Below, piece after piece: positions 8,887 to 12,068 of a stretch of DNA of 12,068 nt. The number at the start of each line of letters is the position of its first letter. The first letter of the stretch is position 1. The stretch spans positions 1 to 12,068 of the forward strand of contig JAEOSI010000046.1 of assembly GCA_016840425.1 (NCBI GenBank), read 5' to 3'. The notes below the pieces were generated by a model. It made no database searches, was not told where the DNA came from, and worked only from the letters and a program-made list of their open reading frames with translations. The DNA comes from Candidatus Wukongarchaeum yapensis. Its GTDB lineage: Archaea; Asgardarchaeota; Wukongarchaeia; Wukongarchaeales; Wukongarchaeaceae. A program made the position numbers and the translations under genes.

Positions 8887-9396
8887 ATGAATGTTATGGA
8901 TGCTATTCTTTCCCGGAGAAGTGTTCGTAAATATACCTCCCAAGAGGTATCTGATGATGTGATAAAAGAGTTGTTGGAGGCGGGGATGAGTGCTCCTTCT
9001 GCGGAGAATGAGCGGCCTTGGCATTTTATTGTGATTAGGGATCGGAAGATTCTTGATGAGATCGCTAAATTTCGTTCGGGGTCTGGGATGTTAAAAGATG
9101 CACCGATGGCTGTTTTGGTTTGTGGCGATTCAAAATTGGATATACATAAGGGATGTTTGGTTCAGGACTGTTCAGCGGCCACGGAGAATATTTTGATCGC
9201 GGTTCAAGGAAAGAGACTTGGAGCGGTCTGGTTGGATATTTATTCTAGACGAGATTGGATCACTGCTACTCAAAAACTTTTAGACATTCCAGAACATGTT
9301 ATACCTATCTCCTTGATTCCGATAGGTTATCCGGCAGAAAAAAAGCCTCAGGCAAATCGATACGATGCTTCTAGGGTCCACTATGAACATTGGTAA
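8887..9396 (+). CDS. Nitroreductase family (FMN-dependent) protein, possibly degenerating
   Basis: RRSVRKY, SAPSA.N..PWHF, QDCSAATENIL, LGAVW, IGYP motifs. ATG 8887 follows GGTGG and is preferred over the GTG start at 8863. T/G-rich codon style differs from the A-rich upstream gene. Confidence 0.88.
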   Translation: MNVMDAILSRRSVRKYTSQEVSDDVIKELLEAGMSAPSAENERPWHFIVIRDRKILDEIAKFRSGSGMLKDAPMAVLVCGDSKLDIHKGCLVQDCSAATENILIAVQGKRLGAVWLDIYSRRDWITATQKLLDIPEHVIPISLIPIGYPAEKKPQANRYDASRVHYEHW

Positions 9397-9485
9397 TAGT
9401 TTTTAATGTTATCTTTCGACCCTCGAAAACGCTGAAGAACTACGTGAGAATCGTAGCACCAACCGCAAACAGCCGTTATGCGGTG

Positions 9486-9535
9486 TCGTAGACTTTATAA
9501 ACCATGAAAAAATATCTATCTTCAAAAGTCTACGA
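9486..9535. repeat. Perfect 11-bp inverted repeat with 28-nt spacer
   Basis: TCGTAGACTTT (9486-9496) and AAAGTCTACGA (9525-9535); TTTATAAA (9494-9501) overlaps the left arm. Confidence 0.75.
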
Positions 9536-9644
9536 TCCAAAGAAAACACCCTCAAAGGATCAAAAACTCAAAAAAAGCCCGCAGAGGCCTCCAAAGGGCG
9601 TTTTCTAACGGCCGGGGTAACCTAGCCTGGATTGGGTGCCAGAC

Positions 9645-9685
9645 GTTCCTTTCCTTGATGGTTTGTGTTAGGGAAGGAAGTGGAC
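9645..9685 (+). other. tRNA intron 1 (41 nt, position 32/33)
   Basis: Intron stem TTCCTTTCCT/AGGGAAGGAA. Relaxed BHB: helix CCAG/GTGG (one G-G mismatch), bulges AC^G and AC^T. Confidence 0.8.
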
Positions 9686-9691
9686 TCATAA

Positions 9692-9723
9692 TCTTTTCTT
9701 TCTGTTTTGGGGTTTAGATGTAT
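9692..9723 (+). other. tRNA intron 2 (32 nt, position 38/39)
   Basis: Relaxed BHB: helix TCAT/ATGT (one U-U mismatch), bulges AA^T and AT^T. Removal restores the CUCAUAA loop and the TCTGG stem strand. Confidence 0.75.
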
Positions 9724-9758
9724 TCTGGTTGCGTGGGTTCGAATCCCATCCCCGGCAC

Positions 9759-9766
9759 TTTTTTTT
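9759..9766 (+). terminator. Oligo-T terminator after tRNA-Met
   Basis: T8 run starting 2 nt after the discriminator base. Confidence 0.6.
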
Positions 9767-9998
9767 CTTATAGCGTTTTTTTAGCTGGGTGTAAAATATT
9801 TTTTATTTCATCGAGTCTGGTTTCAGCTTCAAGGGTTGTTTGTTTTTTGATTGTTTTTATTCTTTAGATTTTTCTTATATGGGAGTTTGTAGAAGAAGGG
9901 GTAAAAGTCGTAAAATCTACTTTGTAGTTAGCTCAAATATCAAAAGTTTTTTAAGAGATTGGATATAAGGGAGGTAAAAATTTTGGTTATAGGTAGTT

Positions 9999-10358
9999 GT
10001 GAAAAAGGATAGAACGTTATTTTTTTATGCTTTTGGTGTGTGGTTTATATTTCTTATTGTAGCGCTCATTGATGCAGGGTTTAGAGAGTCGTTTCTCAAA
10101 CCTAAAGTAGGTGAACATTTGGCACATGTTATCAGTATAATCATCTTATCTTCTATCTTTTTTAGTAGTAACATATCTTTTTATAGATAATATAGAAGTT
10201 GGTTATACCGGTACTGATTTGCTTTTGGTTGGAGTGTTTTGGGTAACTCTTGGGGAAAACTACTTGTTGATTATAATATTTTTAGGGGAAAAATATGGGT
10301 TGTAGTATTAATAATCGAATTTATAGCCCTATTATTATTCGGTTCAATACTAAAATAA
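9999..10358 (+). pseudogene. Small multi-TM membrane protein gene disrupted by two frame changes and a probable internal deletion
   Basis: Frame 0 to the T6 run at 10158-10163, then a +1 frame reading FLVVTYLFIDNIEVGYTGTDLLLVGVFWVT, then back to frame 0 at about 10248 reading SWGKLLVDYNIFRGKIWVVVLIIEFIALLLFGSILK-stop (10356-10358). Confidence 0.7.
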
Positions 10359-10388
10359 TAGAATTTAGTGGTTATCCGTCTTACGCTT

Positions 10389-10506
10389 CTAGGCATTTCT
10401 TTCCTTTGGTTGTGTGTTAGGGAAGGAAGTGGACTCATAATCTTTTCTTTCTGTTTTGGGGTTTAGATGTATTCTGGTTGCGCGGGTTCGAATCCCGTCC
10501 CCGGCA
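10389..10506 (+). pseudogene. 5'-truncated second copy of the two-intron tRNA-Met (anticodon arm, both introns, T-arm, acceptor 3' strand)
   Basis: CTAGGC-intron1-TCATAA-intron2-TCTGG-TTGC-GCGGG-TTCGAAT-CCCGT-CCCCGGCA. No D-arm or acceptor 5' strand upstream. Confidence 0.85.
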
Positions 10507-10520
10507 TTCTTTTCTTGTAA

Positions 10521-12068
10521 CTATTTCTCTAGTCGATTTTTTATTAATTGGGTGTAAAATGATTTTATTTCGTCGTTTATTTTTGAGTTTGAATGGTTTT
10601 TAGCCGTTTTTAGCCATGATGGTATTAAAGGATTTATTGCGGGGTATTCACCGGATAATTTACTTAGCAAAACTGAAAAAGCACAAAGGCCTTTAGTCCA
10701 GTTAATTGTGCGGGAATTTCCGGCTTTTTTTGAGAGTTCTTGATAAATAGATAATGTGTTATCATTAAGTTTTAAGCGTAACTCCTCAATATTTTTATCT
10801 TTAATATAATCATCAACGATGGGTAAAATACTAATAATTGAGTTAAAGCAATGTTCTTTGGTCCAAAAAGAAAATAAACAATAATTTTTACATAATGAGG
10901 AGATTGAGTGGAGATCTTTAAAAGAAAAATTTATTTTTTCTGTTTTCGGGGAATGTTTAGGTAAAGATTCGGAAATGGGGGAATAGTTTGATAGGGGATT
11001 GTATGAAAGGCGAGATTTTATTGTGAACGGATCTAAAGAGGCTAGGGAAAAAATAAAATTGGAAACAGGCTTTTGATTAAATTCACGGGTTTTTATTAAG
11101 AAGGGGTAGGGGAAATCAGGTATTACTACGAAGGCTTCTCTTTTCTGCATAACTCGTAAATAACTTTTTTGTTTTAGATCTAAATTCAAAAATTTTGCCG
11201 CTTTTTCATAGTCAAAGGTTGTACGGAAAAAAATCTTAGTTCCGGAATTTGCTAAAATATTGTCAGAGATTATGGGGCGGGTACTAACACTTATTAGGCC
11301 TATTTGAAGAGCTCCCATTAGCATGGCAAAATCTTCAGCTATTAATGTATCTGCGGTGGTTTTTTTTCTAAAAAGATTGGGTATTAAATGCTCTGCATCC
11401 TCGATAACGATTACGTTTTTAAGTTCGCGGCTTCTTTTTCTTAAAGCGGCTTCTGTTTGGATATTGTAGAGTATAATATTGAGCAAAAATTGTAGATCTG
11501 TTTTTGAAACACCGATTGTTCTAAGTAGGCTAAAATCGATGATGATATTGTTTTCAAGAAGTTCCTTCCAGCAAATGTTTGTTTTTTCTACGAAAAATAT
11601 TTTTTTAAGTGGGCCTATAATAAATCGTTTGAACCTTGATTTTATAGCTTCTAAGGTGGCGTTTATTGCGGGTAATTTCTCCCTGCCGAATTCGTTTAAA
11701 ACTTCATAATTTTCAAAAATATCGAGGAATGTTTTAAAGTTTTTATCTTTTAATTTTAGGAACTGTGTCAATATATCTTCTAAAACTCTAAACATCTGAG
11801 GGGTAATTTCAAAGGTGTTCTCAGTACGCATAATTTCTTTAATCATAGACAAAATAAAAGCTGCATGATCTTCAACTGAAACAGAACGGGGAGGATCAAA
11901 AATGTTTATGGCTAGGGGAAATTTAAGGGATCCGGGTAATAAATACTTAAAATTTACGTTTTTAGGAAATAATCCTAAATATTCTTTACCTTTAAAATCA
12001 ATAATAAGTGCTTTTAGCGCTGTTTTTTTCACCAATTGTTCGATTATAGATGCTGTAAGCATTGTTTT
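10521..12068 (-). CDS. HerA/DUF87-like P-loop ATPase (5'-truncated by window edge) with unrecognised C-terminal domain
   Basis: K-T at 12063-12068 directly before M is consistent with the end of a Walker A (GKT), so ATG 12062 is probably internal. Also LIIDFKGKEY, LAINIFDPP, IIIDFS, Walker B-like VIVIEDAEH, and TRP...ILANSGTKIFF. Confidence 0.8.
   Translation of the reverse strand, partial: KTMLTASIIEQLVKKTALKALIIDFKGKEYLGLFPKNVNFKYLLPGSLKFPLAINIFDPPRSVSVEDHAAFILSMIKEIMRTENTFEITPQMFRVLEDILTQFLKLKDKNFKTFLDIFENYEVLNEFGREKLPAINATLEAIKSRFKRFIIGPLKKIFFVEKTNICWKELLENNIIIDFSLLRTIGVSKTDLQFLLNIILYNIQTEAALRKRSRELKNVIVIEDAEHLIPNLFRKKTTADTLIAEDFAMLMGALQIGLISVSTRPIISDNILANSGTKIFFRTTFDYEKAAKFLNLDLKQKSYLRVMQKREAFVVIPDFPYPFLIKTREFNQKPVSNFIFSLASLDPFTIKSRLSYNPLSNYSPISESLPKHSPKTEKINFSFKDLHSISSLCKNYCLFSFWTKEHCFNSIISILPIVDDYIKDKNIEELRLKLNDNTLSIYQELSKKAGNSRTINWTKGLCAFSVLLSKLSGEYPAINPLIPSWLKTAKNHSNSKINDEIKSFYTQLIKNRLEK

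Larger units (their letters stand above)
9611..9757 (+). tRNA. tRNA-Met(CAU), probably elongator, with two introns; exons 9611-9644, 9686-9691, 9724-9757
   Basis: Acceptor GCCGGGG/CCCCGGC plus A73, D-stem ACCT/GGGT, anticodon stem CCAGA/TCTGG, loop C-TCATAA after splicing, T-arm GTGGG-TTCGAAT-CCCAT. CCA not encoded. C2:G71/C3:G70 favours elongator Met over Ile2 or initiator. Confidence 0.92.
9664..10506 (+). repeat. Direct repeat: 9664-9757 vs 10413-10506 (94 bp, 2 mismatches; first 70 bp identical), with weaker homology extending on both sides
   Basis: Base-by-base comparison at offset 749. Weaker similarity at 9639-9663 vs 10389-10412 and 9786-9840 vs 10549-10601. Confidence 0.95.
9758..10506. 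mobile_element. Remnant tRNA-integrated islet (attL = intact tRNA-Met, attR-like = 3' tRNA fragment); no integrase
   Basis: Short cargo between an intact tRNA and a duplicated tRNA 3' part is the usual footprint of tRNA-targeted integration. The cargo is a pseudogene. Confidence 0.55.

Noticed and set aside
8096-9024. ORFs 8096-8410(-), 8377-8697(-), 8839-9024(-)
   Set aside because: Antisense shadows of A-rich coding or intergenic DNA, giving spurious Phe/Leu-rich products.
9577-9604. GCCC/GGGC hairpin as a possible SECIS; in-frame UGA recoding
   Set aside because: No SECIS core motif I can support and no gene here with a plausible in-frame TGA; the rpl10e TGA falls at the normal C-terminus.
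9645-9685. Box C-like TGATGG in tRNA intron 1 (possible intron-encoded C/D guide RNA)
   Set aside because: No CUGA box D, the intron is too short, and the motif is lost in the second copy.
9611-9757. Alternative assignment as tRNA-Ile2(CAU) or initiator Met
   Set aside because: G1:C72 with C2:G71/C3:G70, no A1:U72 and no three consecutive G:C pairs in the anticodon stem fit elongator Met better; not absolutely excluded.
11479-11709. 76-aa plus-strand ORF
   Set aside because: Antisense to the ATPase core.
1-12068. CRISPR array, rRNA, integrase or transposase
   Set aside because: No regularly spaced repeats, no rRNA-like sequence, and no ORF with recombinase or transposase motifs.

Overview
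Low-GC archaeal chromosomal window. An Asgard-like lineage is suggested by the divergent EF-2 C-terminus, a large sequon-rich surface protein and a HerA/DUF87-type ATPase, but this is inference only. The left 8.5 kb is mostly housekeeping: 3' end of an EF-2-family gene, a small Glu-rich ORF, TFS, an AsnB-like protein lacking its catalytic Cys, dCTP deaminase, ribosomal protein uL16/L10e, a 770-aa membrane-anchored secreted protein, a SWIM Zn-finger protein and an FAD-dependent oxidoreductase. The right part (about 8.8-10.5 kb) is an accessory, decaying region around an elongator tRNA-Met(CAU) gene with two introns that isolate a 6-nt anticodon micro-exon. About 750 bp downstream lies a second, 5'-truncated copy of that intron-containing tRNA; its stem substitutions all preserve base pairing and its downstream flank is also partly duplicated. 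Between the copies is a doubly frameshifted membrane-protein pseudogene. The window ends inside a HerA-like ATPase gene with atypical catalytic motifs. No CRISPR array, rRNA, integrase or transposase is visible.
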